A stretch of DNA of 62,107 nucleotides, taken from IMG/VR virus record IMGVR_UViG_3300044832_000020, positions 1-62,107 of that record, one strand, 5' to 3'. Positions 52,764 to 61,463 of this stretch are shown here, one piece after another. How positions within the stretch are numbered: position 1 is the first letter of the stretch; each line of letters opens with the position of its first letter. The notes under the pieces were generated by a model. The model did no database searches and was not told where the DNA came from. It worked only from the letters and a program-made list of their open reading frames with translations. The translations under genes were made by a program, and so were the position numbers. Source of the DNA: a virus.

Positions 52764-52987
52764 ACGACACAGTGAACTGCCTGGGCTACGCCGGCGGCGC
52801 CTGCTCGGGTCCCATCGAATACCGCATGCCGCTATCTGGCACTGGGGAATCGTTCCCGCGCTGCGACAAACACTGGGCCGCGCGCCTCGAACTGGAGCAG
52901 GAACTGCGCGAGCGCTACCCGGCGACGCCACCGGCCGACTGGTCCCCGCTCGACGCCGGCGAGCACTGGAATGAAGAGGACTACTGA
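52760..52987 (+). CDS. hypothetical protein (75 aa)
   Basis: ATG 52760 in ATGA overlap. Confidence 0.5.
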   Translation: MNDTVNCLGYAGGACSGPIEYRMPLSGTGESFPRCDKHWAARLELEQELRERYPATPPADWSPLDAGEHWNEEDY

Positions 52988-52988
52988 G

Positions 52989-53177
52989 ATGAGGGCATAT
53001 CCGATGTGGCCAGGGGTCCCGGCCGCCGGCCACGTCACATCAGGCGGCGCCTGGCACCCGGGCGCAATCAGCTCGTGCAGCAAGTGCGACCGCCACGACT
53101 ACGAGCCGGGCGACGTCACGCACCCGATGCACACCGACCCCAACTGCCGGCACTGCGGAGAGGCGAAACACTCATGA
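52989..53177 (+). CDS. Cys/His-rich mini-protein (62 aa)
   Basis: ATG 52989; CSKC...H...CRHC. Confidence 0.45.
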   Translation: MRAYPMWPGVPAAGHVTSGGAWHPGAISSCSKCDRHDYEPGDVTHPMHTDPNCRHCGEAKHS

Positions 53178-53392
53178 GCTACGAACTCGGCAACGCCGTC
53201 GCCCGCGTCGTCGCAGAACACACCGGCCTGGAAGAGGGCTCGATCGTCGGGCTGCACATCACCGGCGATCTGGTCTGGGTCGTTTACGGCGTTCGCACCG
53301 GCCCCGGCCCCGAAGACATTCAGCGACGCACCCGAGCACTTGACCCCGTCACTGGCGCCACCGTCAGCGACGATTTTGGAGAGATGACATGA
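53174..53392 (+). CDS. hypothetical protein (72 aa)
   Basis: ATG 53174 in ATGA overlap. Confidence 0.5.
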   Translation: MSYELGNAVARVVAEHTGLEEGSIVGLHITGDLVWVVYGVRTGPGPEDIQRRTRALDPVTGATVSDDFGEMT

Positions 53393-53709
53393 GCGACTGG
53401 CACGAAAACCCACCACCACGGCACCGCGTACCGATCCCGGTCGAGACCCTCGAACACGTCGACGGCGTGCAGTGGCTCGACGCGCCGGTGCCGCCCCGCC
53501 AGCATGACTGCTGGGCGCAGACCAAGGCATTCGACGTGTTCGGCATGTTGATCGCCGAGCGCTGCGCCTGTGGTGCAATCCGACTGTGCGACAACCCGTA
53601 TCGCGAGCACCCGTGGCTCGAACGGAACTCGCGCGACGACGCCGAGCGACGTCATACCCCACCGCGCGGCCGGCTCGCCGCCTGGCTGTCCCGGCGGAGC
53701 CGGCGATGA
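53389..53709 (+). CDS. hypothetical protein (106 aa)
   Basis: Track ORF. Confidence 0.55.
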   Translation: MSDWHENPPPRHRVPIPVETLEHVDGVQWLDAPVPPRQHDCWAQTKAFDVFGMLIAERCACGAIRLCDNPYREHPWLERNSRDDAERRHTPPRGRLAAWLSRRSRR

Positions 53710-53933
53710 GAGCCAAGCTGGAGCGAGATTTCGACGGCGGCGCCATCGTCATCACGACCCGGCGCCGCTGGTATCGAGCCGGCGCCTGGTTCGGCATTGC
53801 GCCCGGTCACCACAAGGGACTGTGGCACACACCCGGCCGAGTGCATGGCTGGAATCTGCGGGTCGGGTCGCTGCACAAGTGCCTCACTCTGCTCGGTCAC
53901 ACGCGGCCCCGCGATGACAGGTATGACCGATGA
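53706..53933 (+). CDS. hypothetical protein (75 aa)
   Basis: ATG 53706 in ATGA overlap. Confidence 0.45.
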   Translation: MRAKLERDFDGGAIVITTRRRWYRAGAWFGIAPGHHKGLWHTPGRVHGWNLRVGSLHKCLTLLGHTRPRDDRYDR

Positions 53934-54319
53934 TGCCGCCCGAAGAACTGCGCGTGCTGACCGTGCGCCAGCCCCACGCCAGCGCGATCGTGCTCGGGCA
54001 CAAAGACGTCGAGAACCGCACATGGCAATGCCCGGTGCGTAGCGTCATCGCCATCCATGCCGGCAAGTCGCCCAGCGAGATCGCGCTGGCCATGCCGCTG
54101 CTGCTGCCCGACCCGCTACCGACCGGCGCCATCATCGGCGTGGTTCGCGTCGCCGACTGCCTGCCCGGCACGTCGACCAGCCCGTGGGCGATCCCCGGGC
54201 ACTGGCACTGGGTGCTCGCCGACCCCCGGCTACTGAAAGTGCCGGTCGCCTTCACGGGGCGCCAGGCCCTCATCCACGCACCGGCCGACGTCGCTCGCGC
54301 CGTGCTGGACCAGCTTTGA
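53930..54319 (+). CDS. ASCH-domain (PUA-like) protein (129 aa)
   Basis: LTVRQPHASAIVLGHKDVENRTW...IAIHAG fits the ASCH N-terminal pattern. Confidence 0.6.
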   Translation: MMPPEELRVLTVRQPHASAIVLGHKDVENRTWQCPVRSVIAIHAGKSPSEIALAMPLLLPDPLPTGAIIGVVRVADCLPGTSTSPWAIPGHWHWVLADPRLLKVPVAFTGRQALIHAPADVARAVLDQL

Positions 54320-54345
54320 CGGGAACCCGCTCCCTTTGCGTGCCC

Positions 54346-54373
54346 GACGCTCCCCTCCCTGGAGGGGAGCGTC
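54346..54373. terminator. bidirectional stem-loop at the convergence of the plus block and the early minus operon
   Basis: gacgctcccctcc ct ggaggggagcgtc read directly. Confidence 0.7.
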
Positions 54374-54394
54374 TCCCCTGTGTGTTCGTATCTG

Positions 54395-55522
54395 TCAGCC
54401 TTCCGACGCGGCAGGGGGCAACGTCGAGCGTCCCAGCGGCACGTACTCGAACGACCTCACCGAGAGCCGGCGGGGGCTGAGGTTCCCGCGTCGCAGACTG
54501 GAGCGGGTTGTCGTCATCAACTGCCGAAGGTTCTTCGACGTCGAGCGCCAGCGCGGCGAGCGGGTGCAGTAGGCGATCACCGCCGGGTGCGCCACCACGT
54601 ACCGATAGCGGAACCCCTGATCGGCCAGGCGCTCCCCGACCCAGTCATTCATCCGCATGCCCAGACCGAGGCCCTGGAAGTCAGGCAGCACCACCAGCCG
54701 GTGCGCCATCTTGATCGTGCTCGTGTGCGGGTGCTGGAAATGCTTGTAGGCCGTGAACGCCACCAGCCGGCCGTCGATCCAGCCGCCGTAGCACGTCGCC
54801 GAACTGATCAGCTCGGCGCTCAAATAGTGATGACGGCGGAACATCTGCCAGGCAGCTTTGCCCACCGGGGCAATGGCAAGCTCGACTGGAGGGTGGGGTT
54901 GAACCGACCTCCAGTTGAATTCGCCGGTCGCCAGATCCAGCACCCAATCGGGCTGCAGCCAGTCGTGAACGTCGTAATGGCACGTCACCGCGACGAACCG
55001 CTGGCCGTTGCGGCGGACCGTTTTCTGCAGGGCATGCGAGGCGACCTGCGCGACCTGGCGATCCACGACCGAGGTGAACTCGTCCACGACCGTGACGCCG
55101 TCGACCGGCTCGGACAGCAGGCGCGCCATGTCGGCGCGGAACTGCTCGCCGTTGCTCAACGTCCGGTACGGCCGGCACCAGCTCGGCGGTGAGGACAGCC
55201 CCACGGCGGACAGCGCGCCGGTCACGTCTTTGATGCCCATCTGCTCGGGGAAGCCGTCAACGATCGCGGAATCCGCCGGCCAGGGCTTCATCTCGCGCAT
55301 CTGCTCGGGCCAGCGCTCCCGGGCGATGGTCGTCTTGCCCGATCCGGACGGGCCGACGATCATGCCGACCTGCCACGGTTGCGCATCGAGCGGCAGCGAC
55401 ACGTCCCAACTGAGGTCGGCCCGGTCAGCCAGCGGCACATCGAACATCGCCGAGAGCTGCAGCACCCGGCCGGATCGCTGCACCGGCGTGGAGACTGAGA
55501 CCTTGACCCGGTCGCCGCTCAT
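54395..55522 (-). CDS. ABC-type ATPase fused to a GNAT-like acyltransferase domain (375 aa)
   Basis: GPSGSGKTT (Walker A), LSNGEQFRA (signature), VVDEFTS (Walker B). The C-terminal RRHHYL...RLVVLPDFQGLGLG is a GNAT-like CoA-binding loop. Confidence 0.6.
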   Translation of the reverse strand: MSGDRVKVSVSTPVQRSGRVLQLSAMFDVPLADRADLSWDVSLPLDAQPWQVGMIVGPSGSGKTTIARERWPEQMREMKPWPADSAIVDGFPEQMGIKDVTGALSAVGLSSPPSWCRPYRTLSNGEQFRADMARLLSEPVDGVTVVDEFTSVVDRQVAQVASHALQKTVRRNGQRFVAVTCHYDVHDWLQPDWVLDLATGEFNWRSVQPHPPVELAIAPVGKAAWQMFRRHHYLSAELISSATCYGGWIDGRLVAFTAYKHFQHPHTSTIKMAHRLVVLPDFQGLGLGMRMNDWVGERLADQGFRYRYVVAHPAVIAYCTRSPRWRSTSKNLRQLMTTTRSSLRRGNLSPRRLSVRSFEYVPLGRSTLPPAASEG

Positions 55523-55824
55523 GTCCCCACCTTCAGGTCGGTACCGTCCCAGACGAACTCGCCGGCCTCGCCGACCGGGAAGTGAGCCCTGCAGCCGACG
55601 CAGAACGTCCCGCCATAGAAGGACGGATCGCGGGCGTACGTCTCGGCGATCGCCCGGCCCATCGTCGTGACCGTGCCACATGGCAAGTGCCGGTATCGGG
55701 TGCGGACAGGTCGCACGAAACCCTTGGCGCGCTCGTCGTCCGACAGCACCAGATATTTCTCCTGCATGCCGTCCGGCTCGATCTTGCGCAGGCCCGGATC
55801 GTTGCGATCGTCTGTCGTGCTCAC
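55519..55824 (-). CDS. hypothetical protein with C...CVGC motif (101 aa)
   Basis: GTG 55824 in GTGA overlap; ATGA overlap downstream. Confidence 0.5.
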   Translation of the reverse strand: MSTTDDRNDPGLRKIEPDGMQEKYLVLSDDERAKGFVRPVRTRYRHLPCGTVTTMGRAIAETYARDPSFYGGTFCVGCRAHFPVGEAGEFVWDGTDLKVGT

Positions 55825-55919
55825 ACTGCCCACCAGCCCCCGATGGATCCGACCATGACGACGATCACGCCGGCCAGGAATCCGAGCAGCCCGAAGTACG
55901 CCTCGTCCCAGCCCTTCAT
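55821..55919 (-). CDS. 32-aa transmembrane mini-protein
   Basis: MKGWDEAYFGLLGFLAGVIVVMVGSIGGWWAV; overlaps at both ends. Confidence 0.35.
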   Translation of the reverse strand: MKGWDEAYFGLLGFLAGVIVVMVGSIGGWWAV

Positions 55920-56581
55920 GCGAACGTGACGGCGTCGCCGTCGCCGTCGACCAGCTTGGCGAGATCGTCCCAGCTCAACTTGAACCGGCCCTTCACTCCC
56001 CAGCCGGCGCCCCACGAATTGGTGCCGAGCACGTACTTGCCTTTGACGTTGACGCCATTCAGCTCGACCTCATGGCCGCCGACCTCAGCGCCGGTCGCGT
56101 GGATGAAACCGGCCGGATCGGTGAACATCATGCCATTGAGCCAGCGAACGCCGATCCCCACCGGGCCGACGTGCGAGATCGTGTCGATGATCTGCTGATG
56201 GCCGAAACACCAGCGGTAGCCGGTGATCAGGTTCACGGACAGCAGGTACTTGCAGGCGCCGAGCGCGGAGGTGCCGTCGTAGTTGGCGCCGGGCCACTCG
56301 TCAAAGTCCTGTGCGTGCCGGTAGATATCCAGCGCATTGAGGCCGGCGCGCTGAGCCGGCGACAGGTGAGCCGTGAACGGGGTCGTTGTCAGTAGCCCCT
56401 TCATTGTTTGCCCAACGCAACTACTGGTCTGACCCTGATCGAATGGCGCCGGCCGGCGCCAGGTCCGGTTGCGCAGGGGCTGATCGGTCGCCAGCGTGAC
56501 CGGGTAGTCCCGTGAGCGGGGGTCGTGCTGGATCACCGACCGGCCCATGTAGCTCGGGGAAACAATCTGGATGCTGGTCAT
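55916..56581 (-). CDS. papain-like (C1 family) cysteine peptidase (221 aa)
   Basis: DQGQTSSCVGQ (Gln/Cys), GGHEVEL (His) and GTNSWGAGWGVKGRF (Asn-Ser-Trp) match the papain catalytic signature. Confidence 0.65.
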   Translation of the reverse strand: MTSIQIVSPSYMGRSVIQHDPRSRDYPVTLATDQPLRNRTWRRPAPFDQGQTSSCVGQTMKGLLTTTPFTAHLSPAQRAGLNALDIYRHAQDFDEWPGANYDGTSALGACKYLLSVNLITGYRWCFGHQQIIDTISHVGPVGIGVRWLNGMMFTDPAGFIHATGAEVGGHEVELNGVNVKGKYVLGTNSWGAGWGVKGRFKLSWDDLAKLVDGDGDAVTFA

Positions 56582-56781
56582 CGTGCGCCGCCCTTCCAGC
56601 CGGTGTCGTTGACCGGCATGCCGTGCGAGTCGAGCAGCCGGGGCCAGCCGGGCTGTTCCGGGCCGTCAATGTTCGAGTAGAGCCGCTTGGTCCGGCGCGC
56701 CCCGCAACTGCACTGGTAGTAGGCGTGAAGGTCGGCCTGCCAATTGGGGTCGCTGTGGAAATGCGGCCAGCGCCACCTCAT
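56578..56781 (-). CDS. hypothetical protein (67 aa)
   Basis: Track ORF with ATGA overlaps. Confidence 0.5.
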   Translation of the reverse strand: MRWRWPHFHSDPNWQADLHAYYQCSCGARRTKRLYSNIDGPEQPGWPRLLDSHGMPVNDTGWKGGAR

Positions 56782-57374
56782 CGGACCATCGCCCGGACGT
56801 CGAGCCCTTCCGCGTCGAGCTTCTCCAAGAGATCGAGCTGTTGCGCCTCATCCCGGCAAGTGATGATCACACCCCAGACCGGGTCCTCCTCGTCGTCGCC
56901 GCCCTCGTCCACGGACTGATCCCCGACCAGCTTGGCGAGATCCTCCTCGCTGTAGCCGGTCGCGGTGAGATCGTCCATGCCGCCGAGCATTTCGGCCAGC
57001 ATCTCCGGGTCCCGCTTCGCCAGCTCGGCGATGCGATTGTCGGCAGCAACGATCCCGACCGCCTCTTCCTGGTCGACGTCGATCAGCGTCCGGGCGATAT
57101 CCGGCCAGCCTTCCTGCCGGGCCGCCTGCCAGGTGTGGTTGCCGGCCAGGATCTCATTCGGCCGGCCAGTCAACGTGCCGATGTTGACCGTGATCGGCTT
57201 GTACTGGCCGAACCGGCGCAGGCTCCGCCGGATCAACGCGACGTCGCCCACGTTCGGGTTGCCCTTGAACTGACGCAGCTCCTCGATCGGCACCACCAGC
57301 TCGGCGAGCTGGGTATGGATCCGTGGCCGGGTCTCGGACGCCTCGGTCACCTCGGTCGCCTTCCGCGCGTTCAC
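56778..57374 (-). CDS. ParB N-terminal-domain (ParB-like nuclease/NTPase fold) protein (198 aa)
   Basis: VPIEELRQFKGNPN...LIRRSLRRFGQYKPITV...ILAGNHTWQAA fits the ParBc motif pattern. Confidence 0.55.
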   Translation of the reverse strand: MNARKATEVTEASETRPRIHTQLAELVVPIEELRQFKGNPNVGDVALIRRSLRRFGQYKPITVNIGTLTGRPNEILAGNHTWQAARQEGWPDIARTLIDVDQEEAVGIVAADNRIAELAKRDPEMLAEMLGGMDDLTATGYSEEDLAKLVGDQSVDEGGDDEEDPVWGVIITCRDEAQQLDLLEKLDAEGLDVRAMVR

Positions 57375-57721
57375 GGGTGCGCCGGCTTGTCGCTCGGTTC
57401 GAGCCGGGCCGCCTGACAGGTCGTGCAGGTCGCCGGGTCATGCTCGCTGACCGGCGCCGCCGGCAGATAGCCGCCCTTGGCTCGATCAGCCGCGATCTGC
57501 TCGGCCATGCCGGGGACCTTCGCCAGCTCAATGTCACCGGCGAACGCGAACGCCAGGATGCCGACCTTCTCGAACGACTCAGCCATGGCGTCGAGCGCCT
57601 GCCGGCTCGCCGCCGCCAGGTCACTACCGACGTTGCCGATCAGCAGCACGTCACCCGGCTTGATCAGTACGACGCGCGTCCCGCCCTGGCTGGGACGGCG
57701 GGTCGATGGGAGCGGGCTCAC
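57371..57721 (-). CDS. hypothetical protein (116 aa)
   Basis: GTG 57721 in GTGA overlap. Confidence 0.5.
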   Translation of the reverse strand: MSPLPSTRRPSQGGTRVVLIKPGDVLLIGNVGSDLAAASRQALDAMAESFEKVGILAFAFAGDIELAKVPGMAEQIAADRAKGGYLPAAPVSEHDPATCTTCQAARLEPSDKPAHP

Positions 57722-57960
57722 GACTCGCTCCGCTCGGGCCAGTGCCAGGTGCCGGCGGCTCGCCACTCCTCGTCGTTCTCCACGGCTCGGTCGTAGCGCT
57801 GGCCGGACACGCCGATGGTCGGGTTGAACACGACCACCCCGACGACGTCGCTGCCGTCCGCCTCCACGATGATCGCAGCCCGGCAGTCACCGCCGGCAGG
57901 TAGCTGCCCCGGGTTGCCGCGACTCACGTAATGCACGATCCGACCAACGCTCGGCTTCAT
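57718..57960 (-). CDS. hypothetical small beta-rich protein (80 aa)
   Basis: Track ORF. Confidence 0.55.
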   Translation of the reverse strand: MKPSVGRIVHYVSRGNPGQLPAGGDCRAAIIVEADGSDVVGVVVFNPTIGVSGQRYDRAVENDEEWRAAGTWHWPERSES

Positions 57961-58172
57961 TTCTTCCTCGTCTCGGTGATCGGGATCACGATCTGCCGCG
58001 TGACCGCCGCGCCGGCTTTCGGGTCGGCGACCGTGGCGATCACGCGCTTGTCCGCGACGTGCAGCGACAACACATCGGGCGGGTTGAGCCCGAGCGCGCG
58101 GCAGAACTGCTTGATCTCGAACACCGAGATCTCGTAACCCTTGGTGGGTGTGGGTCGTACAGCGACAGCCAT
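57957..58172 (-). CDS. hypothetical protein (71 aa)
   Basis: Track ORF. Confidence 0.55.
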   Translation of the reverse strand: MAVAVRPTPTKGYEISVFEIKQFCRALGLNPPDVLSLHVADKRVIATVADPKAGAAVTRQIVIPITETRKK

Positions 58173-58376
58173 GGTGGTGGCCCTTTCCAGGGTAGGTGAC
58201 TCTCAGTTACTCGAAATCGGGAAACGTGTCGGGCGGTGTTTACTGCTGAGAGGGGTCATAGCGGCGCGTCTCGGTGGATCCGTCCGGACCCCCACCCCCC
58301 GCTACCCGCAGCGACCTGCCAGGTCGGGCCGGTCGGCGTGCGCTGGGGTTCAGGGCAGCGCTTCCGACCCGGCAGA

Positions 58377-58706
58377 TCACTGCCGACCTCGGGTATTGCG
58401 GTTCTCGTTCTCGTGTTCGGGTCCTTTGTAGATTCGGGGATCGGCCGGATCGTGACCGAGATCCCACGCTTGACCGGGCTCGATCAGCTCGTCGCATCGC
58501 CAGCAGTGCGCGAGACCTGCTGCGACCTGCTCGGCTACCTGTGCGCGCAGTCGCTGATGCGGCGTGCCGTAGCCACGCTGACTGGTGGTGCCTTTGCGCG
58601 CTGCACACACACCACACCGCTGACCCACTGGGTGCTTGGTCGTGCAGCGGGGGCAGATCGTGAGCGGGCGTGTGGGCATGGGACTCAGCGCAGGTAGCGG
58701 CCACAT
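58377..58706 (-). CDS. HNH endonuclease (start 58706 or ATG 58679)
   Basis: CPRC...RC..C...RGYG..H.RLR...CWRC...WDLGHD...GPEH resembles a phage HNH. Confidence 0.7.
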   Translation of the reverse strand: MWPLPALSPMPTRPLTICPRCTTKHPVGQRCGVCAARKGTTSQRGYGTPHQRLRAQVAEQVAAGLAHCWRCDELIEPGQAWDLGHDPADPRIYKGPEHENENRNTRGRQ

Positions 58707-59293
58707 GAGGGCCAGGGTGAGGCGCCACGCTGGGCGTACAGGGCTTTGGCCCTGGCGAGCTGCTCGGATGCTGAGGCCGCTGCCGGGTCACCGCTACCGC
58801 CGACGCTGCGCCAGGTGCGGGTGTCGAACTGGAACAGCCCCCGATAGGTGCCTGATGGGTTGACTGCCCGGGGGTTGCCACCGCTCTCGCAGCGGGCGAC
58901 CTGTGCCCATGCGCCTGACAGTGTGACGCGGCTACTGGTACGTGATGGCCGGGTGGTGCGTGACCGGGTGGTGCGTGACCGGGTGGCCGGGTGGTAGGCC
59001 CGTGCTGCCGGTGTCGGTGGGTAGTAGCGGCGCTCGATCGAGCTGACGCCGGTGAGGTCGAGGTGTTGACCGATGAGGATCAGGTCAGGGTTGGCGAGGT
59101 GGTTGGTGATGGCCAACAGGTGCCAGTCGACACCTCGTGCGGCGCCCAGCCCGGACAGTGTGTCGCCCGGCTTGACGGTGTAGGCATCAGCGCTGATGGC
59201 GCCGGCTACTGCGAGACCGGTGCCTAGGAGGGTTGCGAGTAGAGCTCTGACCGCATAGCGCGAGCGAGGCTTGGCATGACGGGCATGAGACAT
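58685..59293 (-). CDS. secreted LysM + Rpf-like (resuscitation-promoting-factor-type transglycosylase) protein (202 aa)
   Basis: Signal peptide ALLATLLGTGLAVAGAISA. LysM YTVKPGDTLSGL...ILIGQHLDL. Rpf-type domain WAQVARCESGGNPRAVNPSGTYRGLFQFDTRTW...WPSCG. Confidence 0.7.
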   Translation of the reverse strand: MSHARHAKPRSRYAVRALLATLLGTGLAVAGAISADAYTVKPGDTLSGLGAARGVDWHLLAITNHLANPDLILIGQHLDLTGVSSIERRYYPPTPAARAYHPATRSRTTRSRTTRPSRTSSRVTLSGAWAQVARCESGGNPRAVNPSGTYRGLFQFDTRTWRSVGGSGDPAAASASEQLARAKALYAQRGASPWPSCGRYLR

Positions 59294-59393
59294 GGGTGGG
59301 TCAGCTCCTCTGAGCTGCTAGGTCAATGGCGTTGCACGCGCGCCGCATCTGGCGGTGCTCGCTGGTTCTGCTTGGCCCAAAGGGTTCTCCTGA

Positions 59394-59897
59394 TCAGATA
59401 CGTGGTGGGTGCAGGCGTGGCATGTACGGATAGCCGCCCAGGCGCCCGACGGTGCTGTAGGGCCAGTCGCTGGTCCACTCGTTGACCTCGTCAACGATGA
59501 CGTGGTTGAGGTGCCACCCACCGAACCCGGCCACGGTCAGGTCGGTGTGCGCTGTGACCTGCTCTCGGATCTCTTCAGTGCTGAGCGGCCCTACCGCTGA
59601 GGCGGGCAGTGGGTGCCAGGTCCGACCCCCGTCGTACGAGACAGCGGGCATGGCGCTACCACGGTGCTGGACGATGGCATCGCGCTCGGCCCGCGCCTGC
59701 ACCTCGCGCTCGATCGCGTGAAGATCCACCAGCATCGACAACGCCTTGACCTGAGCGGGGTCATCAGCGCAGGCGGGACACAGCAGGCGCGATGCGCCGG
59801 GTAGCCCGGTGCCGGCGTATTCGGAGGCGACGTGCAGCCCACAGGCCGAGCACCATTGCCGGGGATCGATCATCTCTGGGTGCGGGTGAGCGGTCAT
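59394..59897 (-). CDS. hypothetical protein with CSAC...CPAC motifs (167 aa)
   Basis: ATG 59897 with SD gggggag 8 nt upstream. Confidence 0.55.
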   Translation of the reverse strand: MTAHPHPEMIDPRQWCSACGLHVASEYAGTGLPGASRLLCPACADDPAQVKALSMLVDLHAIEREVQARAERDAIVQHRGSAMPAVSYDGGRTWHPLPASAVGPLSTEEIREQVTAHTDLTVAGFGGWHLNHVIVDEVNEWTSDWPYSTVGRLGGYPYMPRLHPPRI

Positions 59898-59960
59898 CTC
59901 TTCACACTCCCCCTTGAAAAAGGGCGCACTGGTACGGGTCAAAAACTACCACTCCCGGTC

Positions 59961-61043
59961 TCACGCGGTGTCAACCTGCCTCTCAGCGGCTCGGGCGCGG
60001 ATATCGACCAGGCTGTAAACGACCCGTCCGGTCTCCGGATCCCGGCGCTTGCGGATCTCTTCCTTGGACGCCCAGCCCTGGATACTGCCCCTCGGTACGC
60101 CGGTCAGGCGGGTGCAGTCGGCTTGGGTGCGCCAGTCGGCGTGCTCGTCGTAGCTGGCTTTGACGGCGAGCATGTATTCGCCGGCGGTGTAGCGGCGCTT
60201 GCACCGGGGGCAGCGCCACCCGGTGGTGGGGTCGGGATCGAGCAGTCCGCCTTGGTCGCAGTCGGCGTGCTCGTCGCCCAGCTCGGGATAGCTCGCCAGG
60301 ATGCGGACCCAGCCGGCGAAGCGCAGTCCGGCCTTCTCGGCTTCGGCGACGTGCCGGCAGTGGACGGGATCGCGGTATTCCCGGATCAGGGTCGCGTTGC
60401 ACTGGAAACAGGCGACCCCTTCGGCGGGATAGTCGCCGGCGTGCAGCAGCTCCTCCAGGTAGCGCCGCATGCCGGCGACGTCGCCGGCGAACACGCCGAA
60501 CCCGGGGTGATGCGCGGCGGCCCAGCCAAGGTTGGCGTTGAGGTAGGCGTACGCGAGCCGGATGGTGCGATCGGCGCGGTAGTGCCGCCGGTCGCGCGGG
60601 TAGGGCTGGCCGAGCGCGTTGCGCCAGGTCTCCTCCCACCAACTGAGCAGATAGCTGGGCGGCATCGGGTCGCCGGGGTTGGTGGTGCCGTCGTCGCTGA
60701 GCCCTTCGCTGCCACGGGCCAGCATCACGATCGCGTCCCCGCCGGGGATCGGGTCGGCGGCCACGAGGTGGCTCCACCGGGCGGCGTTGATCGAGTGATC
60801 GGGCAGCAACGCCACCAGGTCGAGGCCGGCCAGGAGATCCCGCCGGGCCTGGCCGAGACAGTCGACACAGGTCCCGTACTCGGTCAGGTCGAGGTGGATG
60901 GCGCACACCGAGCAGTGCCGTTTGTCGCACGGCGCACACCCGAAACAGTCGGTGCCATGCCGGTCAGGCAACGGGTCGAGGTGCTGCTGCAGGGTGACGA
61001 CGATCCGGCGGGCGTCGGCGGTGAGGAAGTGGCGGCATGTCAT
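59961..61043 (-). CDS. hypothetical Cys-rich protein with HTH-like C-terminus (360 aa)
   Basis: Track ORF in a GC3-rich frame. The 455-aa plus-strand ORF 59832..61199 is its antisense artefact. Confidence 0.6.
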   Translation of the reverse strand: MTCRHFLTADARRIVVTLQQHLDPLPDRHGTDCFGCAPCDKRHCSVCAIHLDLTEYGTCVDCLGQARRDLLAGLDLVALLPDHSINAARWSHLVAADPIPGGDAIVMLARGSEGLSDDGTTNPGDPMPPSYLLSWWEETWRNALGQPYPRDRRHYRADRTIRLAYAYLNANLGWAAAHHPGFGVFAGDVAGMRRYLEELLHAGDYPAEGVACFQCNATLIREYRDPVHCRHVAEAEKAGLRFAGWVRILASYPELGDEHADCDQGGLLDPDPTTGWRCPRCKRRYTAGEYMLAVKASYDEHADWRTQADCTRLTGVPRGSIQGWASKEEIRKRRDPETGRVVYSLVDIRARAAERQVDTA

Positions 61044-61444
61044 GAGAACCCCCCGGCGGCGGCGATCGCGGTTATCGCGATGATGACGGTCGCGATGACA
61101 CCGAGGATCAGCCAGAGCGCGACCCGGCTGGCGTCGAAATCGGGCCGCTGCTGGTACGGGTCCATCAGGCGAGGCTTCGGCCGGTACAGCGCGGCATAGG
61201 CGCCCTCGCTGGCGCTGCCCGGCACGCTGACGAGATCGCCTTCACGGTTCGCGACGACGGCGCAGTGCGGGTTGCCGTCACGGCGCCACCTCTTGCCGGC
61301 GCCTGCTTGGTCGAGCGACCAGATCTGCCAGCAGCGGTCGCACTGCCACTTGGTGCCGACGACCCTGCCCTGGAGATCAAGATCGCCGGCGGGCGGCTGG
61401 CAGTCGTGCAGCGGGGTGGGCGTATAAACGATCCGGCCGGTCAT
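61040..61444 (-). CDS. C-terminally membrane-anchored protein (134 aa)
   Basis: ATG 61444 with SD gaggag. C-terminal VALWLILGVIATVIIAITAIAAAGG. Confidence 0.55.
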   Translation of the reverse strand: MTGRIVYTPTPLHDCQPPAGDLDLQGRVVGTKWQCDRCWQIWSLDQAGAGKRWRRDGNPHCAVVANREGDLVSVPGSASEGAYAALYRPKPRLMDPYQQRPDFDASRVALWLILGVIATVIIAITAIAAAGGFS

Positions 61445-61463
61445 GGTGACTCCTCGTGTTCTT

